A DNA stretch of 62,447 nt, filler included, from an uncultured Methanosarcinales archaeon (GTDB lineage: Archaea > Nanobdellota > Nanobdellia > Woesearchaeales > CAYSVS01), in assembly GCA_964434475.1 (NCBI GenBank). It is 3 parts of 3 records of this genome, joined end to end, with 100 filler letters (N's around TTAATTAATTAA, not from the genome) between each part and the next. Parts side by side here need not be neighbours in the genome. Positions count along the whole stretch, not along the records: positions 30,623 to 62,447 come from CAYSVS010000010.1; 2 more parts are not named here. One strand, written 5' to 3'. The notes under the pieces are model-generated. The model was not told the origin of the DNA, ran no database searches, and saw only the letters and a list, made by a program, of their open reading frames with translations. How positions within the stretch are numbered: position 1 is the first letter of the stretch; every line of letters starts with the position of its first letter. The position numbers and the translations under genes were made by a program. Positions 49,994-60,969 of the stretch are shown here, in pieces.

Positions 49994-52900
49994 ATGAAAA
50001 AAAGATATTTTGCAATTTTCTTAATGTTTATGTTTGGACTATTATCATTTAGCGCGTTTGCAGCAGACTGTGGCGGAGATACTGTTTGTAATTGCGGCGA
50101 TACACTTACTGGATCAAGAGTGCTTAATTCCAGTGATAATCTTACTGATTGTCTTGGGAATGGGTTGAATATAGGGGCTGATAATATTCTTATTGACTGT
50201 AATGGGAGTATTATAGATGGAACTAGTTCAACTAATTCTATTGGTGTGAACAATACAGCAGGCTATGATAATTTTTCAATGAGGAATTGCGAGATTAAAG
50301 AATTTTATTTTGGGCTTAAGGATGGAAATGTGGGTCCAGGATCTACAGCAGACCAAATATCTGAAAATGGAACAATAGAGAACAACAATTTTCACAGCCT
50401 TTCTGAATCAGATTATAATGTTCTTTTGGTTGGAAGCGGTAATTTGTATTACAACAATACTTTCTCATGCTTGTTTTATTCCCTTTTCAATAATGCACAT
50501 GATTTTAACAAAACAACATATGTTAATATTACAGAGAATAAGTTTGATGATATCCTGAAAGTACAGGAAAGCACATATCTAAGTGCAAAGGACAATGATA
50601 TATATAGCGGCGCTTTGATAAGCGGTAATCATCCTGCAGGAGAGGATAATTCACCATCTTATGATATCATTTTTGAGAATAACAATTTCCATGGCACAGG
50701 ACTTGATATTAAAAATATGACTAATTCTACGATTTTAGATAACTATAATATGTCTTCAATAACAGTAAGCCAGTCAGGCAACATCACCATTGATGATAAT
50801 TTTTTATGCAATGGTGATTCTACAATCACTCTAACATCTAATAGCCACAACAATACAGGAGACAATGTCTGTGATAATGTGATTGATGGTGATTCAAATT
50901 CAGTAACATGCTCATGCACTTGTTCACCTGTACTAAATTATAATTCGACAACAACATCTGTTGACATAGGTGATGATATAACTATAGAAACAAACTGGAC
51001 AGATGGATACATTGATTCAGAAAATCTGACATGTCAGTTGTATGTTGACGGATCTCTTAGCGAGACTATCAATTCTTCAGGATCATGGTGTAACTTTACT
51101 TATACAACAACATCTGCAGATTATGGAACAAAATCCTTCTATGTTACTGCTGTAAATAAGATAGGAAACAGCGATACATCTTCAACAATGACTTCAACAG
51201 TAAATCTTGCTTGCGGAAGTGTTATTACAAGTGATTTTACTATGGAAGATGATTTGATAGAATGTGGCAGTGAAGGCTTGACTATAGGAGCTAATGATAT
51301 TACATTGGATTGTGATGGCCATGTTATTGACAGTGATGAAGAAGGACGAGGAGTTCCAGGTAATTTAAATTACGGCATAGGAATCAGCGGTTACAATAGC
51401 ACAACTATCAAAAACTGTCTGGTAAATGATTTTTCCACAGGGATATACGCAGAGAATGGATATAGCCATACTATTCAAGATAATAATCTTACAGATAATT
51501 ATCAGATATTTGGAGGAGAATGTGGAATACATTTTTCAAATATCTTTGATTCAACTATATCTGGAAACAATGCTTCCAATAATGATATAGGTATCTATTT
51601 CAGTTCATCAAGTAGAAATACTATAGACAGCAATACTATAGATAATAACAATAATAATAATAATGTTAACGGAGGCTACGGTATTAAGTTGGAGTCAAGC
51701 TCGCAAAACAACACCATATCAAATAATTATGTGCGTCAGAATTCAAAAGTAGGCATTTACTTGAAAAACTCTAATAATGCTGTGATAGAAGATAATGTTG
51801 TCAATGATAATTCTGAAAGCGGTATTTTTTTAGACAATGGAGCTAATAACAATATAACCGGAAATACAATAAACGACAATTCACATGACGGCATAGAAAT
51901 GGATGGTGCTTCAAACAATTACATATATAATAATATCCTAAAAAGCAATAATGGTCAGAGTGGTTCAATTCCTAATTGGGGTGGTATTTCTTTATATTCA
52001 TCCTCTAATAATAACGTAGTAGACAATAATGATTTTTACTATAACAGAGGCGGATTAAGGATGGATGGTATAAACAGCATCAACATAACCAATAATGTTT
52101 TCTTTTCAAATAGGTATTCTAGTATTTACTTTGCAGATGACGATATTGGCGGGACTATATTGATTCAGGGTAATACTCTAAAGGATAGCGGCCAGACAAA
52201 TGGTGGTGGAGCTATAGACATACTCTGTTCATATTCAACTCCTGATATAAACATATCAAATAATGTTGTTTCTGGCAACACTCCTGTATGGATTGAATTT
52301 GAATCTCAGGCTGAATGTGATGCATCTAACATAGCGATACAGGATAACACATTAGATGTTACTTTGACATCACCTGCAGAAGGTTATACTTTGGACTCTT
52401 CTGTAGATTATTATAATTTTACTTATGATGTCACAAACTTTTTGCCAACCAATGATGATTGGGGACTTGGATTTACAGGTAATTGCACATTATATGTTGA
52501 CGGAACAGCAAAGAATGTCAGTTCATTCACAGATAAAGCGACTGATGTCTTTGGAAATACCAAGACTATCTCAAATGTAAGTGTTTCATACAAAGCACAA
52601 ACATGGTATGTTTCATGTGAAGATGATAATGGTAATACAGCAGAATCAGAACACAAATCATTGACTACAGTTTCAGCGCAAGCACAGGCAGACATTGCTG
52701 TAACAACAACCGCAAATACAGAGACTGCAGTAAATGCAACAGTATTATCTAATAATAATATCACAGCCAACATTACTTTAATGACTGGTGTTGCAACATC
52801 AGGAACAATAACAGTTTCACAATACGAAGATAATCCTGCTTCATCAACATCTGGATTCGGTACATCTTTAGGCGTATTTATGGGCTTTGATCTGAACATG

Positions 52901-53821
52901 TCAGGACTTGATTGGGCTATAATAAAGATGTACTATACAGACGCACAGGCATCTGGATTGGATGAAAGTACATTAAGGATATCGTATTTCAATGCAACAA
53001 GTAACACTTGGCAAGAGTATGATGATCCTTATGGTGGAGTAAACACAACAGCAAATTATGTATGGGCAAATACAACGCACTTTTCAGTATTCGGAGCTTC
53101 AGGCAATACTCCTAGCACAACAACTACAACTACAACTACAACGAGCGGTGGTGGAAGTATAGGTGGCAGCTTACCTTCTGTCAAAACTGAAGAAGGCATA
53201 AAGGTAAGCCACTTGTGGTCTGCAATCAAGCCAGACATATCTGCAATATTCAGTATAACAAATATTGATGTTGCTTTCAGGAAAGTTATGTTCGATGTTA
53301 AAGAATCAGCAGTCAATATAGGTATGGATGTAATAGCTTTGAATGAGAATCCTGAACCTTCTTCAGAAGTTGTTGACCCTGTATACCAGTATGTGGAAGT
53401 TGATACAACTAATCTTGATACTGAAAACATAGAATCTGCAAAAATCAGTTTCAGGGTTAAAAAATCCTGGCTTAACGGTAACAAGAAAGAAAATGTTGTA
53501 TTGCTAAGGTTTACAGACAGCAAATGGGCAGAACTTCCAACTACATTAACAAATGATGATAGTACATATGCTTATTATGATGCAACTACGCCAGGCTTTA
53601 GCCATTTTGCGATAGCCGCAAAGAAAACAGCAAAAGAAGAAATAGAAATAGATCCTTTAGAAGAAGTAGAGAAAGAAGCAGAGGATGTTGTTGAAGAGAT
53701 TGAAGAAGAGGACGCGGTGTCTGAAGTTGAACCGGTGGAACCAGAAAAAGCATATGGTTGGATTATTGTAGTGCTGGTTCTGATTATAGGTGTTGCAATA
53801 TATTATTGGAACAAGAAATAG
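49994..53821 (+). CDS. Surface protein with parallel beta-helix (NosD-like) repeats, PGF-pre-PGF domain and TM anchor
   Basis: Signal peptide; GIYL...NNxIxxN repeats; TTHFSVF and TPGFSHFAI; C-terminal TM. Confidence 0.88.
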   Translation: MKKRYFAIFLMFMFGLLSFSAFAADCGGDTVCNCGDTLTGSRVLNSSDNLTDCLGNGLNIGADNILIDCNGSIIDGTSSTNSIGVNNTAGYDNFSMRNCEIKEFYFGLKDGNVGPGSTADQISENGTIENNNFHSLSESDYNVLLVGSGNLYYNNTFSCLFYSLFNNAHDFNKTTYVNITENKFDDILKVQESTYLSAKDNDIYSGALISGNHPAGEDNSPSYDIIFENNNFHGTGLDIKNMTNSTILDNYNMSSITVSQSGNITIDDNFLCNGDSTITLTSNSHNNTGDNVCDNVIDGDSNSVTCSCTCSPVLNYNSTTTSVDIGDDITIETNWTDGYIDSENLTCQLYVDGSLSETINSSGSWCNFTYTTTSADYGTKSFYVTAVNKIGNSDTSSTMTSTVNLACGSVITSDFTMEDDLIECGSEGLTIGANDITLDCDGHVIDSDEEGRGVPGNLNYGIGISGYNSTTIKNCLVNDFSTGIYAENGYSHTIQDNNLTDNYQIFGGECGIHFSNIFDSTISGNNASNNDIGIYFSSSSRNTIDSNTIDNNNNNNNVNGGYGIKLESSSQNNTISNNYVRQNSKVGIYLKNSNNAVIEDNVVNDNSESGIFLDNGANNNITGNTINDNSHDGIEMDGASNNYIYNNILKSNNGQSGSIPNWGGISLYSSSNNNVVDNNDFYYNRGGLRMDGINSINITNNVFFSNRYSSIYFADDDIGGTILIQGNTLKDSGQTNGGGAIDILCSYSTPDINISNNVVSGNTPVWIEFESQAECDASNIAIQDNTLDVTLTSPAEGYTLDSSVDYYNFTYDVTNFLPTNDDWGLGFTGNCTLYVDGTAKNVSSFTDKATDVFGNTKTISNVSVSYKAQTWYVSCEDDNGNTAESEHKSLTTVSAQAQADIAVTTTANTETAVNATVLSNNNITANITLMTGVATSGTITVSQYEDNPASSTSGFGTSLGVFMGFDLNMSGLDWAIIKMYYTDAQASGLDESTLRISYFNATSNTWQEYDDPYGGVNTTANYVWANTTHFSVFGASGNTPSTTTTTTTTTSGGGSIGGSLPSVKTEEGIKVSHLWSAIKPDISAIFSITNIDVAFRKVMFDVKESAVNIGMDVIALNENPEPSSEVVDPVYQYVEVDTTNLDTENIESAKISFRVKKSWLNGNKKENVVLLRFTDSKWAELPTTLTNDDSTYAYYDATTPGFSHFAIAAKKTAKEEIEIDPLEEVEKEAEDVVEEIEEEDAVSEVEPVEPEKAYGWIIVVLVLIIGVAIYYWNKK

Positions 53822-53956
53822 ATTTTTTCTTTTTTTAATATTTTAGTAAAGATTTATAAATAATCAGCATTTTCTATCTCTTGTACGAGAGAAAGAAACG
53901 CGGAATTAATATATATGAAGACTGATTCTGTAATAAAATTAAAGGTGAAATTAAAT

Positions 53957-55741
53957 ATGAAAGTTAAAAAGTTAAAACATTTTGAAACTATGGCTGATCT
54001 TAGCTTAAATCAATTATTTGAGGCGAAAATATTGCCTAATAAATTGGTTAGCTTAAATAAGAATGTTAAATGTAAAGTAAAAAATAAGGGAGATATGCCT
54101 AATGATGGTTTTATCGCAGTCAATATCAGAAAGATATCATTGCCAATGAATGTTGAATGTGAATACATTCCTGGTGATTATGATGTTGAGGAAGAAACAG
54201 ATGACATAGGTTCTTTTACACTTGAAGATATAGGTAAGAAATTTAAGATATATTGCAAGGTTGTACAGGTTAATCAGACTTCTGGACCAACATTATTTAC
54301 ATTGTTTGACGGCACTGGAAGCGTTGTCGGAAAAGCTTTTGTTGGCCCAGGAAAAAGAGCATTTCCTGAATTAGATGGCGGAGATTTGATAATAGCAGAT
54401 GTTGAGCTAAGGGAAAGGGATGGTTCATTAGAAGCTGAGTTGTTGAAATTTAAAAAGCTTGATGATTCAAGATCAAGACAATTGGATAACAAGATAGACC
54501 GGCTTAAGGATGAGAAAGCTATGCCTAAAGATGTTCCTTTTTTGATAAAAAGTGAAATATTAGGAAAGTTGAAGCCAAAGATAATCTATGTTGCAAAAGA
54601 GATAAAAAAAGCCATAATCGAAAAAAGACCTATAATTTTGCGTCATCATGCAGATGTTGACGGTTATGCAGGAGCAATAGCTTTGGAAAGAGCAATACTT
54701 CCTTTGATATTAGAACAAACAAATGACGAAAAAGCTCAATGGATAAATTATAAGAGAGCACCTTCTAAAGCACCTTTTTATGAATTGCTTGATGTAACCA
54801 AAGATCTGGCTTTTTCATTGACAGATATGGCAAGGCATGGCGCAAAAATGCCGCTGGTGCTGCTAGTAGATAATGGCGGAACTGAAGAGGATCTTCTTGC
54901 AATAAAAAAATGCAAGATATATGATGCCAAGATTGTTGTAATAGACCACCATTATCCTGGGAAAATAGTCGACGGCAAAACAAAGATAGATCCATATGTC
55001 GATGCTTATGTTTCTCCTCATCTTGTAGGAGGATATGCAGACTATACTGCAGGCATGCTTGCAACAGAGGTTGCTCGTTTTGTAAATAATGCTGTTGATG
55101 ATAATGTTCTTTACCTGCCTGCTTTAGCAGGAGTTGGAGACAGAAGTAAATGTTCTGAATTTGAGCAATATTTAGATATAGCTAAACAGCATGGTTATAC
55201 TCTAGATTATCTGAAAGATATTGCTATTTGCGTAGATTTTGAAGCCCATTATCTTAAATTTATAGAATCGAGAGGTATGGTAAATGATCTTCTTGGCGCG
55301 AATAAAAACAAACAAAGAAAATTAGTTAGTTTATTGATTCCTGAGATAAATGCGCGTTATGAAGAACAGATGAAAGTTATAAAACACCATGTGAAAAGTT
55401 CTGAGAAAGACGACCGCATTATCGTACAACTGGAATCTGCAAAAGTTGGTTTTAGGGGAGATTTTCCTGCAGTGGGAAGAATTACTGGAATGGCGCATGA
55501 TTATGTTTGCTCATTGAATGAAGGCAAAGCAGTAGTGACTCTTGGCATTGGACCTGATTTCTTAACCATAAGAGCAAACGATCATAATGAAAATTTCAAT
55601 GTTAATACATTGATCGAAGAGTTGCGTGAAAAAATACCTTATGGATTCATAAACGGCGGTGGACACGAACATGCTGGTTCGATAAAGTTCGTAGAAGCAG
55701 TTAAGGAAGAAGTACTGGATTATGTAATGAAGAATATTTGA
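53957..55741 (+). CDS. Archaeal RecJ-like DHH phosphoesterase with OB fold
   Basis: QTSGPTLF OB fold; HHADVDG, LVDNG, IDHH, GGGHEHAG; SD AAGGTGA before ATG 53957. Confidence 0.88.
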   Translation: MKVKKLKHFETMADLSLNQLFEAKILPNKLVSLNKNVKCKVKNKGDMPNDGFIAVNIRKISLPMNVECEYIPGDYDVEEETDDIGSFTLEDIGKKFKIYCKVVQVNQTSGPTLFTLFDGTGSVVGKAFVGPGKRAFPELDGGDLIIADVELRERDGSLEAELLKFKKLDDSRSRQLDNKIDRLKDEKAMPKDVPFLIKSEILGKLKPKIIYVAKEIKKAIIEKRPIILRHHADVDGYAGAIALERAILPLILEQTNDEKAQWINYKRAPSKAPFYELLDVTKDLAFSLTDMARHGAKMPLVLLVDNGGTEEDLLAIKKCKIYDAKIVVIDHHYPGKIVDGKTKIDPYVDAYVSPHLVGGYADYTAGMLATEVARFVNNAVDDNVLYLPALAGVGDRSKCSEFEQYLDIAKQHGYTLDYLKDIAICVDFEAHYLKFIESRGMVNDLLGANKNKQRKLVSLLIPEINARYEEQMKVIKHHVKSSEKDDRIIVQLESAKVGFRGDFPAVGRITGMAHDYVCSLNEGKAVVTLGIGPDFLTIRANDHNENFNVNTLIEELREKIPYGFINGGGHEHAGSIKFVEAVKEEVLDYVMKNI

Positions 55742-55799
55742 TTTTATTTTAAAGGTTAATCAATACTTTTATAAATAATTTATTTTTTCTTTATATTAT

Positions 55800-55883
55800 G
55801 CCGCAGTGGCACAACCTGGTACTGCGCAAGACTGGAAATCTTGTTTCCTTCGGGATATCCCAGTTCAAATCTGGGCTGCGGCG
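55800..55883 (+). tRNA. trnS: tRNA-Ser(GGA)
   Basis: GCCGCAG/CTGCGGC-G; CAAGA-CTGGAAA-TCTTG anticodon arm; long variable arm; TTCAAAT T loop. Confidence 0.95.
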
Positions 55884-55940
55884 TATTTTTAATTCTAAAA
55901 TTCAATTAAATTTTTAAACATTCTTCTTTTATTATGTTAA

Positions 55941-56615
55941 ATGGCGCGTAAAAAGAAAGCAGATAAACTGGCTGAAGAGATTGCAGAGCATATAATCCAT
56001 GGAATGGGCAATAATCAGTTTAAATATAAAGTATCCAAAAAAGGCAAACATCTGCTTAAGGATGATGATTTAGGATTATTGTTGTTGATTACTGAAAGAA
56101 AAACAGCTTCAGAGTTTGAAAAAATTATTTATGACCTTGAAAAGTTTCAAAGAAAAAAGATTGGAAGAACAAATTATTCTGTTATTCTTTACAAGGATGG
56201 CAAGATGTATTTTAGGTCAGGTCATAATTTTGATAATCAACTGCAAAGCTTAAGGTACAAACAAAAGGAATATTTGTCTTTGAAAAACTATACGCCTAAA
56301 GAAATAAGAAGGATAATAACTCTAACTCCTGCTGAAAAATATTTTACTAATGATGAATACTATGGAAGTGATGGCGGCAGCATTCTTTATTATCAACCAA
56401 AGTCAGAAAGATTAAAGAAAACCTTGGTTACTTTTGATTTTGAGCCAGTTACTTTGGATTATTCTCATAAGAATGATTGGTATCTTGAAAATGAAAAGCA
56501 ATCAAAGTTATACTTTATCTGGAATTCTTTCACAATGCACAAAGGAATTATTGATAAAAGATTGTTTGATTTCAAAACAGACAATGATTTTTTTAAGAAT
56601 TATTCTAAAGAATAA
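55941..56615 (+). CDS. Hypothetical protein
   Basis: 224-aa ORF, no recognised motif. Confidence 0.7.
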   Translation: MARKKKADKLAEEIAEHIIHGMGNNQFKYKVSKKGKHLLKDDDLGLLLLITERKTASEFEKIIYDLEKFQRKKIGRTNYSVILYKDGKMYFRSGHNFDNQLQSLRYKQKEYLSLKNYTPKEIRRIITLTPAEKYFTNDEYYGSDGGSILYYQPKSERLKKTLVTFDFEPVTLDYSHKNDWYLENEKQSKLYFIWNSFTMHKGIIDKRLFDFKTDNDFFKNYSKE

Positions 56616-56700
56616 ATTTATATCTTATTCACTGCAAAATATAAACTCACAATCGATCCTTTAGAAACCTTTAAATACTAAAAAGCCAATTCTTGAACTT

Positions 56701-57162
56701 ATGAAAAAGAGGTTTTTCAGGTTTTCAAATTTTGCGATCATATTTATGGTCTTTTTCTTTGCGTATTTCTCAAGCACTTTTACAGACACGCAAAGCGATT
56801 GGTATAAAGCATTACAAAAGCCAACCATACAACCTCCAAGTATAGTTTTTAGTATTGTCTGGCCTGTCTTATATATGCTTATCGCGTACTCTATAATTCT
56901 GGTTTGGAATTCAAGATCAGACGATAAGAATGTGGTTTTAACACATTATTCAGTAAACGGGTTGTTCAATGTTACGTGGAGCTTTTATTTTTTTACAGCA
57001 CATTCTCCGTTTGCTGCTTTTATAACTTTAATTGCACTATGGCTTTCAACGTATATAATAATAATTTATGATTGGAATATATCCAAAAAAAGCTCTTATC
57101 TTCTTACTCCTTATCTTGCCTGGCTTACTTTTGCAGTTATACTGAATATGTTCTTTATTTAG
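56701..57162 (+). CDS. tspO: TspO/MBR tryptophan-rich sensory protein
   Basis: WYKALQKP..QPP..VF..VWPVLY; NVTWSFYFF; PYLAWLTFA..LN. Confidence 0.92.
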   Translation: MKKRFFRFSNFAIIFMVFFFAYFSSTFTDTQSDWYKALQKPTIQPPSIVFSIVWPVLYMLIAYSIILVWNSRSDDKNVVLTHYSVNGLFNVTWSFYFFTAHSPFAAFITLIALWLSTYIIIIYDWNISKKSSYLLTPYLAWLTFAVILNMFFI

Positions 57163-57211
57163 AAAACTTTATAAAATATAAGATAAATAATATATTAAAA
57201 GGGGTGACTTA

Positions 57212-58258
57212 GTGGCGTACGGTATTGCTAAGAAAAAAGACGGTAATAGAATATTCTATAAATCAGAAGATTTTCTGAAAAAATATGTATCTGGTAGAAG
57301 GCTGGCATTGTTTGTAATATTCATACTTTTTATTCTTTCATTAACAGCTTTTGCAAGATTAGAACTATTGGATAAGCCAGGTATAACTAATCCTTACTTT
57401 GAAGCATTGTATTGGATAATCACGACTATGGCTACTGTAGGTTATGGAGATATTACGCCAATATCGTCTTTAGGTAAACTATTGGCTATGTTTGTGATGG
57501 TTTTAGGAGTTACAACCTTGGGATTCTTAGCTTCAGATATAGTTTCAAGCATAGTATCCTCTAACCTTGGATCTTTATTGGGTATAAACAAGGTAAGAGG
57601 AAGAATACATTATCTTATCTGCGGATGGAATGAAGTAAGTGATGCTGCACTGAAAGAATTGGTTAATCATAAACATAGAATAGTCATACTTGATCGTGAA
57701 AGAAGGGAAGAGCTTTCGAATATGACAAATGTGCATTTCATAAAAGGCAATCCTACTGACAGAAGGTCATTAGAAAGCGCTAACATAAAAAACACTTCAA
57801 CGGTGTTGTTGTGCATGAATAATGATTCTGATGTTATTTTAGCGATTCATGTAATACGCGATTCAAACCCTTTTGTCAATATTGTTGCAAAAATAGATCA
57901 TCATGAAAACATCCCTCTTGCAAAAAATGCTGGTGCTGACCATATAGTTGGACCTGCAACCATAGCAGGAAAATTATTGTGGGAGTCTTACCAGCAACCT
58001 TTGGTCGCTAACTGGCTTATAAACAACATATCTACAAAGACAAACTATGAACTCTTTGAGTATGATGTTAAGAAGGATTCTAAGCTAATAGGAAAAAAGT
58101 TAAAGGAATTAAGGATAATGTTATCAGGCAAAGCAAAAATAATAGGTATTGATACAGCATCTGGATTAGAGCGTGTGCCTAAAGACAGCTATAGTGTTTC
58201 AGAAGGAAATAAGCTCATATTGATAGCAGACAATAAAAGATTTGGAGGATTAGAATGA
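57212..58258 (+). CDS. 2-TM potassium channel with RCK domain (MthK/Kch-like)
   Basis: GTG start, SD GGGGTGA; TTMATVGYGD filter; LICGW, GNPTD, AGADHIV. Confidence 0.93.
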   Translation: MAYGIAKKKDGNRIFYKSEDFLKKYVSGRRLALFVIFILFILSLTAFARLELLDKPGITNPYFEALYWIITTMATVGYGDITPISSLGKLLAMFVMVLGVTTLGFLASDIVSSIVSSNLGSLLGINKVRGRIHYLICGWNEVSDAALKELVNHKHRIVILDRERREELSNMTNVHFIKGNPTDRRSLESANIKNTSTVLLCMNNDSDVILAIHVIRDSNPFVNIVAKIDHHENIPLAKNAGADHIVGPATIAGKLLWESYQQPLVANWLINNISTKTNYELFEYDVKKDSKLIGKKLKELRIMLSGKAKIIGIDTASGLERVPKDSYSVSEGNKLILIADNKRFGGLE

Positions 58259-60168
58259 TCAGCAATTTAACGATAATAGTCTTGTCATTAATAGCGGTTG
58301 TCCTTAAACTATCAATAGCTGGATTGGTATACAAGAAAAATAGATCTTCCAAAGTTAATATTTTGTTCTCCTTGATATTTGTATTTCAGGCCATATGGGA
58401 TTTAGGTAAAGCATTGATGTGGTTAAGCAATGATATCAGCTTAGCTTTGATATTTGCAAAATTATCTTATGCAGGATATGTGATATCTATATTCATATTC
58501 CCTCATTTTGCATGGTCTTACTTAAAGAGAAAGAATATGATTACTGAGAACATTAAATTATGGTATTTACCTATGTTTTTACTTTTGCTTTTTTTGTGGA
58601 CTACAAATTTTTTGATATCTGGATTGATCCCTCCAGAATCCTCTACATATGGATTTGGAATACAGCTTTTCCAATACCAATATGGCAGTATTTATACTTA
58701 TTTTTTTATTTGGTTCCAGGTATTAGCTTTATTGTACACTTTTGGGATACTGCTTGCCAAGTATATAAAAACCAGATTCAAGGAATACAAGGCAAGATTA
58801 AGATATCTTATGATAGGCATATCTTTCCCTATACTTATAGGATTGACGACAGGAGTTATACTTCCTGAGCTAGGTTATAGATTATTTCCTCATAATAACA
58901 TATTGACTACCTTGATGTGTGTCTTTATAGGTATAGGTATATTGAAATATAAATTTTTGAGTGTCAATCCTTTACATGAAGAAGGAAAACTAAAGATAAA
59001 CAAAAAGGAACTTGCAAAGTTGCCTGTTTTCTTCGGCAACCAGTATCTTGTATGTACAGATAATCCTAAAAAAAGTACCTACAATATTTTTCTGTCAAGT
59101 CTTCTGAAAAAACATTATGGCTTGGTCATAACCACAGAAGAGCATAAAGAAGTAAGGAAAAAATACAACTTAAAGACAACTCCTATAATAAGGCTTACTG
59201 ATCTTGAAACAGATGAGCTTTCTATTGGCTCGCACGATATTGAACAATTATATTCTACTATTCATAATTTCTGTGAAAACATACAGAATTCAGTAATACT
59301 TCTTGATGGTTTTGATTACCTGATAAAGAAGAACAGCTTTAGTAAAGTATTATTCTTGATTAGAAAATTCCATAAGACTATAGTGAAAAACAAGTGCATA
59401 ATGCTTTGTCCTGCAGAAAAATATGGATTGAGTCAGAAACAACAAAGTATGCTTTTTTTCAAGTTCAAGTTTCTCCCGGTAAGTATAGCAAAATCAATGA
59501 GGATAGCTGCATTCAGGACAAAAAAGTTCTTTTCCAAGAAAACAAAAGTGGTAGCACTCGGTTATGATAGTGCAATAGAATCTCTTATTCAGGAATTGGA
59601 ATATACTAAAAAGAAGATAACTATCATAAGTCCTAACATCAAGAACAGGAATGAGAAGAAGATAAGTTTTGTTCAGGCAAATCCTTTGAAAAAACACAAT
59701 CTTGAGAAATTCGTGAAGAAGAAAAATCAATATGTCATCTTCATATCTTTGCTTAATGATTCTGATACTATGCTTGCCATAAATTTGGTGAGATCCATAA
59801 ATGAGAAGGCAATGATAGTGGCTAATATACACAGGACCGAGTTTATAAACATTGCTGAGAAGGCAGGAGCAGATTATGTTGTCCCTAGCTCTAGTTTAGG
59901 AGGTCATCTGCTTGCTATGGCTGCAAACAATCCTAACATTATACGATGGATGATGGATGCTGTAACTAGTTTTGGTAAAGGCATAGACTTGTTAGAAAAA
60001 GATATTTCCGGCAGATACATAAACAAGACAGTTCAGCAGGTAGACAATATGTTGGGAGAAAAAGCAAACATAGTTGCTGTTAAGACAAGGAATGAGTTTA
60101 AGCAGATTCCAGAAGATGATTATAAGCTTAAGAAAAATGATGTATTGTTGATAGTTAAGAAAGAATGA
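58255..60168 (+). CDS. Fusion: 7TM sensor (HisKA_7TM-like) + DUF835 + RCK (TrkA-N/C)
   Basis: Seven hydrophobic helices ending ILKYKFL; GLVITT...VILLDGFDYLI..NSF; NDSDTML...AGADYVV. Confidence 0.78.
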   Translation: MISNLTIIVLSLIAVVLKLSIAGLVYKKNRSSKVNILFSLIFVFQAIWDLGKALMWLSNDISLALIFAKLSYAGYVISIFIFPHFAWSYLKRKNMITENIKLWYLPMFLLLLFLWTTNFLISGLIPPESSTYGFGIQLFQYQYGSIYTYFFIWFQVLALLYTFGILLAKYIKTRFKEYKARLRYLMIGISFPILIGLTTGVILPELGYRLFPHNNILTTLMCVFIGIGILKYKFLSVNPLHEEGKLKINKKELAKLPVFFGNQYLVCTDNPKKSTYNIFLSSLLKKHYGLVITTEEHKEVRKKYNLKTTPIIRLTDLETDELSIGSHDIEQLYSTIHNFCENIQNSVILLDGFDYLIKKNSFSKVLFLIRKFHKTIVKNKCIMLCPAEKYGLSQKQQSMLFFKFKFLPVSIAKSMRIAAFRTKKFFSKKTKVVALGYDSAIESLIQELEYTKKKITIISPNIKNRNEKKISFVQANPLKKHNLEKFVKKKNQYVIFISLLNDSDTMLAINLVRSINEKAMIVANIHRTEFINIAEKAGADYVVPSSSLGGHLLAMAANNPNIIRWMMDAVTSFGKGIDLLEKDISGRYINKTVQQVDNMLGEKANIVAVKTRNEFKQIPEDDYKLKKNDVLLIVKKE

Positions 60169-60480
60169 TAGTGTCAGATGCTGATTTGTTCAGTGAGCAA
60201 ATATCATATCTTAACAGGGTTGTATGATTATTTTTTTTTAATATATTTAAGCTGAGCTAACGAATCTTTATGCCAAACACAAATAATGAAAATAATTGAT
60301 ATGGGACTCTGTAGAAAAACTCTCTTTCACTGTAGTCTATACACATAAGCTTTGCTAGTATCCTGGCCAGAGAAGTATTGTTTTACAAGTATAAAATACG
60401 TTCTTTGGTAAAATTTACTGCTTTTTTTTAAAAGACGTATATGGATAAGATTTATATATGTTAATAATATAAAAATAATC

Positions 60481-60969
60481 ATGGAAGAAAAATCTTTTAA
60501 GAAACATCTAAAAAATATGACTGAGGATGAAAGAATACAGTATAATAAGGAAAACTGTATATTCTGTAAGATAATAGATAATAAGGTGCCTTCTAAATCG
60601 GTTTACAGCGACGATCATGTGTTGGCTGTGCTTGATCTCTATCCTGCAAACAAGGGCCATGTTATTGTTATGCCGAAAAAGCATTATACTATATTGCCTC
60701 AGATGCCTGATGATGAGGCTGCGTATCTTTTTAAGATAGTCAAGAAGATATCCAATGTTTTGCTTAAGACATTCAATTCAGAAGGTACAAGCATATTTGT
60801 TGCAAATGGTTTTGCAGCAGGCCAGAAATCAAACCATATTTTAGTGCATATAATACCGAGATTCAAGAATGATGATCTTGAAAATCTTAATATTGATTCA
60901 AAAGAGTTAAGTAAGGAAGAATACGACAAGATATATTCAAAATTGGTAGGAAAAGATGAGACTTTGTGA
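60481..60969 (+). CDS. HIT-family protein (degenerate triad)
   Basis: CIFCKII, GHVIVMPKKH, AGQ..HILVHIIPR. Confidence 0.88.
   Translation: MEEKSFKKHLKNMTEDERIQYNKENCIFCKIIDNKVPSKSVYSDDHVLAVLDLYPANKGHVIVMPKKHYTILPQMPDDEAAYLFKIVKKISNVLLKTFNSEGTSIFVANGFAAGQKSNHILVHIIPRFKNDDLENLNIDSKELSKEEYDKIYSKLVGKDETL

Noticed and set aside
51644..51664. AAT/AAC microsatellite
   Set aside because: In-frame poly-Asn loop in a beta-helix protein; no sign of phase variation
60169..60480. 310-bp intergenic region as ncRNA or IS remnant
   Set aside because: Only one terminator-like hairpin (ATTTGTTCA/TGAGCAAAT) and no recognisable motif or ORF
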